Source of the DNA: Mobula hypostoma
Lineage: Eukaryota
Direction of reading: 5' to 3'
NCBI RefSeq assembly: GCF_963921235.1
Contig: NC_086108.1
Coordinates: 77,378,001 to 77,442,000, forward strand
DNA length: 64,000 bases
In this document: positions 39,465 to 52,588 of the stretch, one piece after another
Position numbering within the stretch: the first letter of the stretch is position 1
Layout of the letters: each line of letters opens with the position of its first letter
Position numbers and translations under genes: made by a program
Notes under the pieces: model-generated
Databases searched by the model: none
Told to the model about the DNA's origin: nothing
What the model saw: only the letters and a program-made list of their open reading frames with translations

Positions 39465-42255
39465 CCATAAGACCAGAAGACATAGGAGCAGAATTAGGTT
39501 ATTTGGCCCATCAAGTCTACTGCACCACACATAAAAGTTGCTCGTGAACGCAGCAGGTGAAGGGTCTCAGCCTGAAACGTCGACTGTACCTCTTCCTAGA
39601 GATGCTGCCTGGCCTGCTGCGTTCACCAGCAACTTTTATGTGTGTTGCTTGAATTTCCAGCATCTGCAGAATTCCTGTTGTTTGCGTTTTAAGTCTACTG
39701 CACCATTCAATCATGGCTGATTCTTTTCTCTTCTCCCCGTAACCTTTGCTACCATGTCCAGTCAACAACCTATCAAGCTCTTCCTTCAATATACCCAACA
39801 ACCTGGCCTCCATAGCTGCCTGTAGTACTAAATTCCACAAATTCACTACCCTCTGCCTGAAGAAATTTCTCCGCATCTCCGTTTTAAATGGATGCCCATC
39901 CATATTGAGGCTGTGCTCTCTTGTCCTCGACAATCCCACCATGGGAAATATCCTTTCCAAATCTACCATGCTTTGGTCTTTCAACATTCGAAAGGTATCA
40001 ATGAGATACCCCCTCATCCTTCTAAATTCCAGTGAGTACGGACCGAGAGCTATTAAATGTTCCTTGTATGTTCACCTTTTCGTTGTTGGAATCATCTTTG
40101 TGAACTTCCTCAAAACACTCTCCAATGCCAGCACATCTTTTCTTAGATGAGGAGCCCAGAACTGTTCACAATACTTAAGGTGAGGCCTCACCAGTGCCTT
40201 ATAAACCCTCAGCATCACATCCTTGCTCTTGTATTCTAGATCTCTTGAAATGAGTGCTAACATTGCATTTGCCTTCCTCACCACCGACTCAACCTGCAAG
40301 TTACCAACTAGGGTGTTCTGCACAAGGACTCCCAAGTCCCTCTGCATCTCAGATTTTTGGATTTTCTCCCTATCTGCATATTTATTTCTACTACCAAAGT
40401 GCATGACCATGCATTTTTCAACATTGTATTTCATTTGCCACTTTCTTGTCCTGTGTCCTAATCTGTCTAAGTCCTTCTACAGCCTATCTGTTTCCTCAAC
40501 ACTTCTCTTCCCCCACATCCTTCAACATCTGGCATATTACTAGTATCTTCCACAGTGAAAACTGATGCAAAATACTCATTTTGTTCTTTGCCATCTCCTT
40601 GGTCCCCATTATTATTTCTCAAGCCTCTTTTTCTTGAGGCCCTATATCCAATATCATCTCTCCTTTATTTTTTACATACTTGAAAAAGCCTTTACTATCC
40701 ACTTTGATATTGTTTGCTAGCTTGCTTTTATATTTCATCTTTTCCCTCCTAATGACTCTTCTAGTTGCTCTCTGTGGGGTTTTAAAAACTTCCCAATCCT
40801 CTGTCTTCCCACTCATTTTTGCTTTGTTCTATTCCCTCTCTTTTGCTTTTACATTAGCTTTGACTTCCTTTGTCAGCCACAGTTGTACTATTTTGCCATT
40901 TGAGTATTTCTTCATTTTTGAAAGACATCTATTCTGTAACTTTCTCATTTTCCCCAGAAACTCACACTGTTGCTGCTTTGCTATCATCCCTGTCAGCATT
41001 GCCTTCCAATTTACTGTGGCCAACTCCTCTTTCATGCCATTGTGATTTCCTTTATTCCACTGAAAGACCGCCATGCTGGACTTTACTTTCTCTCTTTCAA
41101 ATCTCAAGTTGACCTCAATCATATTGTGATCGCTGCCTCCTAAGGGTTCTTTTACCTTAAGTTCCCTAATCACCTCCAGTTCATTACGTAACAGCCAATC
41201 CTGTTTAGCTGATCCTCTAGTAGGCTCAATGACAAACTGCTCTAAAAAGCCAACTCATGGGCATTCTACAAATTCATTCTCTTGAGATTCACTACCAGCC
41301 TAATTTTCCTCATCGATCTGCAGGTTGAAATCTCCCATGACTATCATAACATCATCCTTTTGACACACCTTTACTATTTCCCGTTTTAATCCGTAGTCCA
41401 CTTTCCAGCTACTGTTGGGAGGCCTTTATATAACTGCCTTCAGGGTCCTTTTACCCTTGCAGTTTTTTAACTCAATCCACAAGGATTCAACATCTTCCGA
41501 TCATATGTCACATCTTTTTACCGATTTGATGCCATGCTTTACCAGCAGAGCCACACCACTCCCTCCACCTACCTTCCTATCCCTCCGATATAATATGTAA
41601 CCCTGTACATTCAGCTCCCAACTACAACCATCCTTCAGCTACGATTCAGTGATGGCCACAACATCATATCTGACAATCTGTAAGAGTGCAACAAGATCAG
41701 CCAGCTTATTTCTTATACAGGTATTTTGTGCATTTAAATATAACGCTTTGAGTACTGTATTTGCTACCATTTTCGATTCTGCATCCCTAATGCACTGATA
41801 CTCACCCTGCTGGCTGCAATTTTGTCCTATCATTTGTATGCCCTTCCTGACGGACTGACTGCATTCTATCTTTGCTTTTTTACCATCTGTCCTATCTTGA
41901 GTCCCTTCACTTCAGTTCCCACCCCCTGCCAAATTAATTTAAACCCTCCCACAGCTCGAACAAACCTGCCCACGAAAATATTGGTCCCCCTCGGGTTCAG
42001 GTGCAACCTGTCACTTTTAAATAGGTCATACATCCTCCAGAAGTAATCCCAATGATCCAAGAATCTGAAGCCCTGTCCCCTGCACCAGCTTCTCGGCCAC
42101 GAATTAATCTCCTAAATCATCCTATTTCTACCCTCTCTGGTGCATGACACAAGCAGAAATCCAGAAATTACTGCCCTGGAGGTCCTGCTTTTCAGCATTT
42201 ACCTAGCTCCTTAAATACTCTTTTCTGGACCTCTTCGCCTTTCCTTCCTATGTTT
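39465..42255 (-). mobile_element. CR1 LINE, internally deleted (ORF1 esterase end, APE, RT C-terminus, 3' UTR)
   Basis: Minus ORFs DLFKSDRLHLNPRGTN; LKALYLNAQ..IRNKLADL..YDVVAITES; EPLGGSDHNMIE; YNVEKCMVMHFG...LVRPHLKYC; RGYLIDTFRMLK. (CATAAGA)n-type tail at ~39465. Confidence 0.9.
39528..39690 (+). mobile_element. Fold-back PLE mini-insertion inside the CR1 3' UTR
   Basis: Perfect 15-bp TSD AAGTCTACTGCACCA at 39513-39527 and 39691-39705. The first ~30 bp are the reverse complement of ~39613-39642. Confidence 0.9.
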
Positions 42256-42904
42256 TGTGTTTCAATTGACATTCAGTGATATCCTTAATGCTGAATCATC
42301 CTCCACGCTGGAGCCCTGTGAGTGCTGTGATCTTCCAACACCAAAGCAGTTTGTAACAGATGGGGTGGACCATTGCCTGCTGGGTTAGCCCTGTAATGGT
42401 CACCACTGAGGGATCAAGGTATCCTATGTGTCCAGAGAAAATACTACATTTTCCTCATTAATGTTACCACCCATCTTTCTCTTTCCACTCATTCCTCCAA
42501 CTCCCAAATATTCCCAACAGTTCTCCACCTCCTCTGATCTTCTCACTTGCCTGGAATATCCTACCTCTCCTTAGCCTTCTCTTCTCACCTAATTTCCTAC
42601 CCTTGCTCTTTCACCTCCACCACCTTTCCCAATGTACTAAACAATGCATTCCTTCTTCAAAGTCTGATGACTGCAGAAAATGCCTTTTTTGTCCACTTCA
42701 GTATGTATGGACCTTATCATCATAGACATCTTTGACTAATGTATGATGAACTAATGAAGTCTGAGAGCCACTTAGATGAAATTCATACTAGTCCCTGACT
42801 TAATAGTGCTTCCCTGTATGTTCTTCCATGGAAATAAATTTCTGAGTTACTGTCTTTTGAAAAGTTAAACTGTGACCACTCTTTCACTATTTTTGTGGAT
42901 GTCC

Positions 42905-43220
42905 AAGATCCCGGAACCAGAGAGCATAGCCTCAGAATAGAGGGACATTCCTTTAGAACAGAAATGAGAAGGAATTCTTTAGTGAGAGGACAGTGAATTG
43001 GTGAAATTCATTGCCACAGAAGGCTGTGGAGACCAAGTTGTTGAAAATAAGTAAAGCAGAGGTTGATAGGTTCTTGGTAAGTCAAGGCGTCAAGGGTTAT
43101 GGGGAGAAGGCAGGAGAATAGGGTTGAGAGGGATAATAAATCAGCCATGACAGAATGGCAGAGCAGCCTTGATGGACTGAATGGCCTAATTCTGCTCCTA
43201 TGTCTTATGTCTTATGGTAT
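42905..43220 (+). mobile_element. CR1 LINE 3' fragment
   Basis: ACCAGAGAGCATAGCCTCAGAATAG...AATTCTGCTCCTATGTCTTATGTCTTATGG. Confidence 0.8.
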
Positions 43221-44239
43221 TAAAACTGGATCCTTTTTGGAGAAAGCCAGAAGGTATCTGCTTGTTCAACTGAATGTTATAACCCTTTACATATTTCACT
43301 GGTGATGTGTCACTGTGAAGCTTCAGTTGTCACAAGGTTCAAGATTCAACTAATTTCCCAGAAATGACTCAATACTCTTTGTTGTTAAAAATCATCTTAG
43401 TAACCTTCAATCAATATGAAAAATGCTAATTTATTCTATAAATGATTCACCTTCTTTACTGAAATTGTAGATTACAATTTGAGGAACTATTGAGAAAGAG
43501 CCCAAACTGAAACACTTTGCTGTGAATATGCCTGAAAGTTTAAGCACTTTATTTGAACTCCTATTTTCTTCATGGAATGTAACTACTGTTACAGTGAGTT
43601 GAAGAAGCATGATTTGGGTAATTTAGTTTTGAAATGGTCTAATTATTCAGGCAAAGTAGGTCATGGAAAGGGTATCATCAAACTGCAAATCCTCTGGGAG
43701 ATTTTTTTTTAAACAGCAATTGTGTATCTGTTAGACACTATATTAGAACATTTGTCTTCTTAGTGCAGGAACTGAGCTGCTGTAAAGAATATTAAAAATA
43801 ATTTAAGTCAATTCCATACACAAAATCTTCAAAAGCATTGCAGTGGAGGCAATCATCACTCCAGACTAGATGCAGTCCATGTGCTTCTCAACATCACAAA
43901 CGAAGAGTATTTTTCTATATGCTCTTTGAAAAGATCTCCTGAGGACTACTCATGTGGCCCTCAAGGCAACAGAAGAGATGAAAGCTAGTCTTATTTAATG
44001 ACAGCCTTAGTTCAGAGAATTTGGCTTTTCTCTAGCACACATAGAAAAAAACTAAAAGTTAAATGAATGCTAGTACTCTTTTAGTTAAATAAATTAAATC
44101 TTTTCCATTTCTTAACTTTTTTTCATGTTGTTTAAACATTGTCGTGATGATTTTTAATAACAAAGACTATCTAATAGTTTCTGGGAAATGAGTGGAATCT
44201 TGAGCCTTATTCCTCTTTTAGTACTCTTTTTCTTAAATA

Positions 44240-45706
44240 TGACTATTATCCAGTAGCACTAACATCCACTGTGATAAAGTGCTTTGAGCAGTTGGTGAAG
44301 AAACATATCAACTCCTGCCTGAAAAGCGACTTGGATCTGCTTCAATTTGCCTACAGGCACAACAGGTCCACAGCAGTTGCCATCTAATTGGTTTTTCGCT
44401 CAACCCTGGAACATCTGGACAGCAGGCAAAGACGCATACATCAGGATGCTCCTTATCAACAACAGATCAGCATTCAATACTCTTATCCCCTTAAAGCTAA
44501 TCAATAAGCTTCAAGATTTTGACCTCAATACGTCCTCAGGCAATTGGATCCTCAATTTCCTTAGTTGAAAACACCAGTCAGTTTGGATAGGCAACAATAC
44601 CTTCTCCACAATCTCCATTAGCACAGAGACACCACAAGGCTGTGTGCTTAGTCCCCTGCTCTACTTGCCTAATATTTATGGCTGTGAAGCTAAGCAGCTC
44701 CAATGACGCATTTAAGATTGCTGATGACACCACAGTCAAAGGCCGTATCAAAGGTGGTGACAAATCAACTATAGGAGGGAAATTTTGTGGCTGCATGGTG
44801 CCACAAAAGCAACTTCTCAATAAATGACAGTAAGACCAAGGAGTTGATATTGACTTCAGGAGGAGTAAAGGGGAGGTTCATGAGGTGGAGAGGGTCAGAA
44901 CTTTAAATTCCTTGGTGTTATCATTTCAGAAGATCTGTCCTGGCCCAAGCATGTAGTGTAATCATGAAGAAAACATGGCAGTGCCTCTACTTCCTTATAA
45001 GTTTGCCAAGATTCAGCATGACATCTAAAACTTAACAAGCTTCTATATGTGTGTTGTGGAGAATATATTGACTGGTTGCATCCTGGCTTGGTATGGAAGC
45101 ACCAATACTCCTGAATGGAAAATCCTACAAAAAGCACTGGATACAGAGCAGTCCATCTCAGGTAAAGCCCTCCCCACCACTGAGCACATTTACACGGAGC
45201 ACTGTTGCAAGAAAGAGCATCCATCATCAAGGATCCTCACCATCCAGGCCATGTTCCCTTCTCACTGCTGTCATTAGGAATAAGGTGCTCAGGACCCACA
45301 CCACCAGGTTCAGGAACAACTTTTACTCCTCAACCAGCAAGCTCTTGAACCAGTCGGGAGGTAACTTCACTCTCAACTTCAATAGCCCCATCACTGAACT
45401 GTTCCCACAACTTGCAGACTCACTTTCAAGGACACTTCATCTCATGTTCTCAATGTTTACTGCTTGCTTACTTATTTATTTATTTACCTATCTACCTATC
45501 AATGTTACTTCTTTTTTTCTTTGTATTTGCACATGTTGTTATCTTTTGCACATTGGTTGTCTGTCCATCCTGTTTGGTGCAGTCCTTCATTCATTCTATT
45601 ATGTTTCTTCTTTTTACTGAGTATGCCTGCAAGAAAACAAATCTCACGGTTGTACATAGTGACAGATATGTACTTTGATAGTGAATTTACTTTGAACTTT
45701 GAACTT
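44240..45706 (+). mobile_element. Decayed Rex1/Babar LINE RT and 3' UTR
   Basis: [67 protein letters not shown]; (TTTGAAC)n tail. Confidence 0.85.
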
Positions 45707-46209
45707 TTTAAAGTGAATTTTAGTTCATAAAATTCTTCTCTTTAGATAGGGTGGGTGCTCCCTAGTTTGTGTTATCTGTAGCATTTAAAGTTATTAGGTA
45801 CAGTACTGTAAATATAAAAATGTCTCAACATTACATTACATTTTGCTAAATGTGACTAACAGCTGAATGAATGTAATTGTTTTTTGTCCAAAACTTGCTG
45901 ATAAACATTGGCAGTCCTTAGACAAACAAATGGCATTTACCTTTGTGAATACAAGTGAGTTCAGGAATTCGGAGCATGTGTATCCTAATGTGGAAGTCCT
46001 AAGATTGCTATCAGATTTTAGCAGGTAAAACCGTCAAAGCGTTCCATTGAAGAGAATCCAATAGTAGAACGCAAACTTTCTGAGAATCCACCAGTCATCT
46101 GCTCATGGAACCTGCTCCAGGTTTAACTTGGCACGGTATCCATTCTCTTCATTTCAGTGGAGATTTTATAAGGGCAAGGTAAAATAAGATTCTTACACTG
46201 TTTGATGTT

Positions 46210-47805
46210 ATTTGTGTATCACAAATACTGGTAGCGGTGTACGTTCCACTGCAGGCCAGCATCAGGCAGGCACTGGAGGAGCTGAGGTCCATATTCAGCA
46301 GGCACAAAACAGTGCACACTGATGCCTTCCCTATCACTGAGAGGAATTTCAATCAGGCCAGCTTGAAGAAGTCTCTAAATAACTACCACTAAATATTACC
46401 TTTGGAGGCAAAGGCCCTAACACACTTGTTCACTGTTATATAACCATTAAGGATGCTTACTGTACTATTTCATGCCCACACTTTGAAAAGTCTGATCACC
46501 TGACTGTACTTCTACTCACAGCGCATAGGCAGAGACTAAGGACCACAGCATCGGTTCTGCGGACCAAGACGGCATGAACAAGGGAGGTGGAGGAGTGCTT
46601 GCAGGATTGCTTTGAATCAGTAGACTGGACAATATTCAAGCATTCACCTTAAGAGTCGATTGTCAGTGAGGAAGAGTTGTTATTTCCAAGGAGGTATAGA
46701 GGCCCAAGATTTGGAGCTTGTTGATTAGAACTGAGGGTATGATTGCAATGAACGCTGAGCTGTCGTCAATAAATAGTAGCCTGACATAAGTATTCAAAAT
46801 GGCAGCATCCATCATTCAGGACGCTCATCGCCCAGAACTCCCATCACCCAGGACATGCTCTCTTCTCATTATTACCATCAAGGAGGTGGTACAGGATCCT
46901 GTAGACACACACCCAATGTTAAAAGAACATCTTCTTCCCCTCTATCATCAGATTTTTGAATAGACAATGAAACCATGAACAATTCTTCTGTTTTTTTTTC
47001 CCTTTTTTTTGGTATTACCTATTTAAGTTATATTTTATATATACTACTTATTATAATTTATAGTTTTTATTACTATGTGTTGTAATGTACTGCTGCTACA
47101 AAATAACAAATTTCATGACCTATGCTGATGATATTAAACTTGATTCTGATTCAGATCACTTGATGAGCATTGGTGTGAGTTCCCTCGACTTCCTCTTCTG
47201 ACATTGAGTGCGAAGTTGCTGCTTTGACACCACTCAACCAGCTGATTTATCTTGACCCTATAGTTCTGTTGTCGGCAACTTTACATATGGCGCCTGAACG
47301 GTGTCTAGCCATACATTTGTGGGTGTAGAAGGAGTAGAGCAGTGGGCTAAGCATGCATCCTTGTGGTGCACGAGCATTGATTGTCAGTGAGGAGGAGATG
47401 TTATTTCCAATCCGCACAGTCTGTGGTCTCCCGGTGAGGAAGTCAAGAATTAGGCTGCAGATGGAGATGCAGAGGCCCAGGTTTTGGAGCTTGTTGATGA
47501 GAACTGAGGGTATCATGGTGTTAAATGCTGAGCTATAGTCAATAAACAGCAGGCTGACAGAAGTATTGCTATTGTGCAGGTGCTCCAAGGCCGAGTACGA
47601 GCCAGTGAGATTGCGTCTGCTGTAGACCTATTGTGGCAACAGGCAAATTGCACTGGGTCCAGGTACTTGCTTAGGTAGTTGATTCTGGCCATGACCAACC
47701 TTTCAAAACATTTAATCACAGCAGATATAAGTGCCTCTGGGTGATAGTCATCGAGGCAGCTCACCCTACTCTTCTTGGGCATTTGGAATGATTGTTGCCC
47801 TTAAT
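46210..47805. mobile_element. Mosaic of Rex1/Babar segments in alternating orientation
   Basis: Plus APE piece (ILVAVYVP...NFNQASL...HFEKSDH) ~46210-46650; minus RT piece ~46655-46797; plus 3' end ~46797-47153; minus RT piece ([25 protein letters not shown]) ~47155-47805. Confidence 0.75.
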
Positions 47806-49169
47806 AGTGTTGAACATAAGAACATAAGAAATAGGAGCAGGAGTAGGCCATCTGGCCTGTCAAGCCTGCTCTGCCATTCAATAAGATCATGGCTGATCTG
47901 ACTACCTGCCAATATAACTATCCCATAGTCATCAATAAAAGCATTAGTATGTATTTTTGCAAAAAGTACTATCAGCAAATTTAATATTCTAAGACCTTTG
48001 AATACTAACTTCAAACAATTCCAAAAGAAAAACTAGCATCCTAATTTTATAAACATAGCCATACATGGTAGTTGACTGGTAGCATATCTGGGGGCTTGGC
48101 CTTGCTGCTTCTCAGATGATTCCTCAGTAGATTTATGGGCAGGGGCTATTATAGCGCATGCACAAGTTCCAGTTGGGATGCACAGAGTCTTGTCAATTGC
48201 ATGCCAGAACTCTCATCTAGCAGATCACTCTAATGCATTTATGGTTCTGCTACCTCTTGTTTCTGTCTGTCCTAATGCTCCCATGAAGCATTTCCCCAAG
48301 GGTGTGTGTGGTGGAAGACACTGAAATTTGGTGAACTGAAATTTGCATCAAAGTTTTCTTTAAGTTGAACCTGTACAACTCTGAAACTAGAAGGGCCAGC
48401 ACTGTCTCAGCCTGAGCTGTAGGAATATGACAGGCTGGTTGTGAGGCAGACAGAGGGCCAGTGCTCCACTGAGCTGATGACACTTTCCTGTGTGGCATCG
48501 CTGCAGTCTTAGGAATTCACTGGCAAACAGCTTGTGAAATTGGCTTGATTTTGCTGAAAGCTTGTTTGAATAGTTTTACAATGCAGAACATAAAAATGAA
48601 GCAGCTGTCAATCATTTCATTGCCACGTTGATGGAAGCTATTTGTGGTACTATGGAAGAACTGACATAGACTTTGGGATGCCAAGCTGTGGGTCAGATAC
48701 ATAAATGTGCTGATGTGGAAACACCCGTCAGGTTGGGGAGGATCTGTGTAAAACCCTTTGCAAAGCTGGACTGAACTCCTTGTTCTTTGCCATTGATTAC
48801 ATTGTACATGCCATGAAACACCTGCTGTAGCTTGGACTATTGCAGTCCCCATCCATGGAACCTGTGCAGAGCAATTTCTGTCTGATGAGTTGACATCATT
48901 TCTAACTTTTTTCTCTCACTTTAACCACCATTGTGTAGGAGCTAATATCTCACAATTTCATAACAACAACCTAGCCACTGAAATACACACAGTGTCAAAC
49001 TCCAAGTTGGATGCTGCAAGAGTATTATCAAAGGATGATACCTCTGTCCTCATTCTCTATTTCCTCTTCCTGCAATGACTGGGAAAGTTTTACTGTTTGC
49101 ATCCCTTTCAATGAAATAGTAGCAAGGTTTACAGTGTGGTAATGGGAACAGTAAAAGTGCCAAATTCCT

Positions 49170-49388
49170 GCAATATTCAGTTTCCTGTCGCTGCCGGTAA
49201 GGAGTTTGTACGTTCTCCTCGTGACCGTATGGGTTTCCTCTGGTATCCCCCCACAGTCCACAGGTTAACTGGTCATTGTAAGTTATCCTGTGATTGGGCT
49301 AGGATCAAACTGGAGGATGCTGGGAGGCGTGGCTCGAAGGGCCGGGAGGGCAGACTCCATATTGTCTGCCAATAAATAAATAAATAAA
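49170..49388 (+). mobile_element. HE1/V-SINE
   Basis: GTAAGGAGTTTGTACGTTCTCCTCGTGACCGTATGGGTTTCCTC V-domain; CR1-like tail CTCGAAGGGCCGG; (AATA)n. Confidence 0.75.
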
Positions 49389-50271
49389 TGGCTGAATGAA
49401 TGAACGGATGAATGAGAAGATATTGTGGCTCCTTTGGTTATGAGGAAGACCTGGACTATGAAAAGCAGAATTAGGTCTGCAGGTATCTTCACAATAAATC
49501 CTTTCAGCCCTACTTGTAGCCATTACCTCAGCAATTCCTCTTCTCATGACATCCAACACATTTGTTTCAATGAGTTAAATGAGGCAGCCTCATTTGCCAT
49601 CCTCAATTTCTTTCCCCGCACTGTAATGCTCCGTCCTCTCCTGCAAGGAAGTGATGCATTTGAAAGTGGGCATCCTGCAACATTTTGAGGGAATATGACT
49701 CTCCTATTAAATAGCTGCCAGTGTGTACAAACCCCAAGTTCTGAGGGTAGTGCTTGCTATTTTGCTGTTTCCAGCAGCTCCTAGGTAATGCCAGCATCCT
49801 ACTGATGTGTGCAAAATACTAGCAGTGGTTAATCAAGTACTATAATCTTCACACTCCTTTTGGGGCGGGGGGCAGGGAATAATATCCAATTTAACCTCTA
49901 CTGCAAGTCAGAAGTCATCTCTCCCGACGGTTGCACTTCAGTCTGATTAGAAGGAGAGGAGCTTTCACCTTTATGGCAGTTATAAGAACTGAGGTAGTTT
50001 TTTGGAGTTTGGTTTTGAACCCCCCCCCCCAAATAAAAACAGAATTAACTCCTGCAAAGAGTTAATGATGAAATTTGCATTACGGCACTGGCTTTGTAAT
50101 AGTTTCATTAAGTCAGAGGGACTTAACAGTCATAAAGATCTAGACAGAGCAATACATTTCTTTCTGTGTGAAAATAAAACTATATATTGATAACAACTAG
50201 AAGTTGAATTTAAAACCTGCTCTTGAACACCTTGTGATTCACATGTGACAATAAAGATGCCTATTGGATGT

Positions 50272-50945
50272 CATAGAACATAGAACATTACACCACAATG
50301 GCCCACGTTGTTGTACTGATATAATGAAGAGAATGATACCAAATCCATTCTGCCTGCACATGACTCATATCCCTCACATTTTCTGCATGTTCATCTACCC
50401 ATAAGGTTCTTATATGCCTGTATCATACTTGCCTCCACCACTACCCCTGGCAGCACATTCCAGGCACCTACCCCTCTCTGTATACAAAACCTGCCCAGCA
50501 CATCTCCCCCTATCCCTTACCATAAATGTATACTGTCTGGTATTAGACATCTCAACCCTGGGTAAAGGACATTTGCTTTCTACTCTATCTTTACCTCTCA
50601 TAATTTTATAAACTTCAAACAGGTTTCCTCTCAGCATCCACCACTCCAGAGAAAACCGCTCAGATTTCTCCAATTTCTCCTAATAGTACACATTCTATAA
50701 TCTAGGCAATATCCAGGTAAACCTCTTCTGCCCCTCTCCATACCTTCACATCATTTCTATAATGTGACGACCAGAACTGAATGCTATACTCCAAATGTGG
50801 CCTACCCAGAGTTTTACAGAGCTACAACATAACTTTTGGACTTTCAAGCTGTCTGCCACAGCTAATAAAGATAGGAATGCCAGATGCTTTCATTACCATG
50901 CTACTGACTTGTGCAGCCTCTTTCAGGGAGCAATGGACATTTGCA
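50272..50945 (-). mobile_element. CR1 LINE 3' fragment
   Basis: (CATAGAA)n tail; minus ORF FSLEWWMLRGNLFEVYKIMRGKDRVE. Confidence 0.8.
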
Positions 50946-51395
50946 TCAAAGGGGATATAATAATCACAATGAAGTATGATGGATTCAGAAAGAAATCTGC
51001 TGTGTGGACAACATGTGACTCCAGACTAACTAATGTTAATTATGAGTTCCTCCAGCATTTTACGTGCATAACTAATGTGGTTGATATCTCTCAGAATTTA
51101 CCTAGCACACTTCTTGCCTCAGGACCCAATCTGGGGTGGCCAATAAATGCTGCTATTCTTGGTGATGTCGAAATCTCATGAACAAGACAAAACTCTATTT
51201 AGTGTTAATCTCAATGGATTGCCATTGGGAGGAATTCTTCTATAAGGCAAAGTTGCTTTGGATCTGAACCCTACTTCAGTATCATTAGCATGTCATCCTT
51301 CTTGGAGGATTTCTAGATTTCTTTCAATTTGCATACAGAGAAATGGTGAAATTGATTCATTGTAAGGCACATAGAGACTGCCTCAGGGGTTCTTG

Positions 51396-51675
51396 CACAA
51401 ACAGGAGAAAATCAGCAAATCCAAGCAACACACGTGAAATGCTGAAGGAACTGAGCAGGCTAGGCAGCTTGGCCCAGTGGAAACACTGTTTCATTTAACA
51501 ATATACATGTGTATGGTTAAATGATAATTAAACTTGAAATTGAGTAACAGCCAATCTCTCACTGAACTAATATTATCAGTGGTTTTCAGGACGGCTGAAG
51601 AGTCTGGGCCCGAAACGTCAATTGTACTCTTTTCCATAGATGCTGCCTGGCCAGCTGAGTATTTTGTGTGTGTTG
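51396..51675. mobile_element. Older fold-back PLE mini-insertion with filler
   Basis: 13-bp TSD TCAGGGGTTCTTG (51383-51395) / TCAGGGATTCTTG (51676-51688); inverted pLTR arms around ~120 bp of other sequence. Confidence 0.7.
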
Positions 51676-51824
51676 TCAGGGATTCTTGGATGGTTTATTC
51701 ATAAGGTTTTTGGATACAATCTAACTGAACATGCCAGCCTCAGCAAACGTGGTCGGGTATGTCAGTTAATCGCATTTGTTCTCAGTGCAGCAACACAGTC
51801 TCATATACAGTAATTGCTTTCACT

Positions 51825-52588
51825 ACGCAAACAATAGGAATTCTGCAGATGCTGGAAATTCAAGCAACACACATCAAAATTGCTGGTGAATGCAGCAGGC
51901 CAGGCAGCATCTCTAGGAAGAGGTACAGTTGACGTCTCAGGCCGAGACCCTTCGTCAGGACTAACTGAAGGAAGAGTTAGTAAGAGATTTGAAAGTGGGA
52001 GGGGGAGGGGGAGATATAAAATGATAGGAGAAGGAAGGAGTGGGAGGGATGGAGCCAAGAGCTGGACAGGTGGAAGACAGGAGGGGGTACTGTAAAGATG
52101 AAGCCACACTCAGGTTGGAGGAACAACACCTTATATTCCGTCTGGGTAGCCTCCAACCTAATGGCATGAAGATCGACTTCTCTAACTTCCGCTAATGCCC
52201 CACCTCCCCCTCGTACCCCATCCGTTTTTTATTTTTACACACACATTCTTTCTCTCCCTCTCCTTTTTCTCCCTCTGTCCCTCTGACTATACTCCTTGCC
52301 CATCCTCTGGGTTTCCCCCCCGCCTTGTCTTTCTCCCCGGACCTCCTGTCCCATGATCCTCTCATATCCCCTTTGCCAATCACCTGTCCAGCTCTTGGCT
52401 CCATCCCTCCCCCTCCTGTCTTCTCCTATCATTTTGGATCTCCCCCTCCCCCTCCCACTTTCAAATCTCTTACTAACTCTTCCTTCAGTTAGTCCTGACG
52501 AAGGGTCTCAGCCTGAAACGTCGACTGTACCTCTTCCTAGAGATGCTGCCTGGCCTGCTGTGTTCACCAGCAACTTTGATATGTGTCG
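51825..52588. mobile_element. Young PLE insertion with inverted pLTRs (~205-bp inverted repeat)
   Basis: Perfect 12-bp TSD ATTGCTTTCACT at 51813-51824 and 52589-52600. Minus pLTR at 51825-52071; plus ORF end (KDEATLRLEEQHLIFRLGSLQPNGM) and pLTR at 52088-52586. Confidence 0.92.
52491..52526 (+). ncRNA. Minimal type I hammerhead ribozyme (intact core)
   Basis: AGTC-CTGACGA-AGGGTCTCAGCCT-GAAA-CGTC-GACT. The opposite-strand partner at 51927-51962 has GAAA changed to GAGA. Confidence 0.8.
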
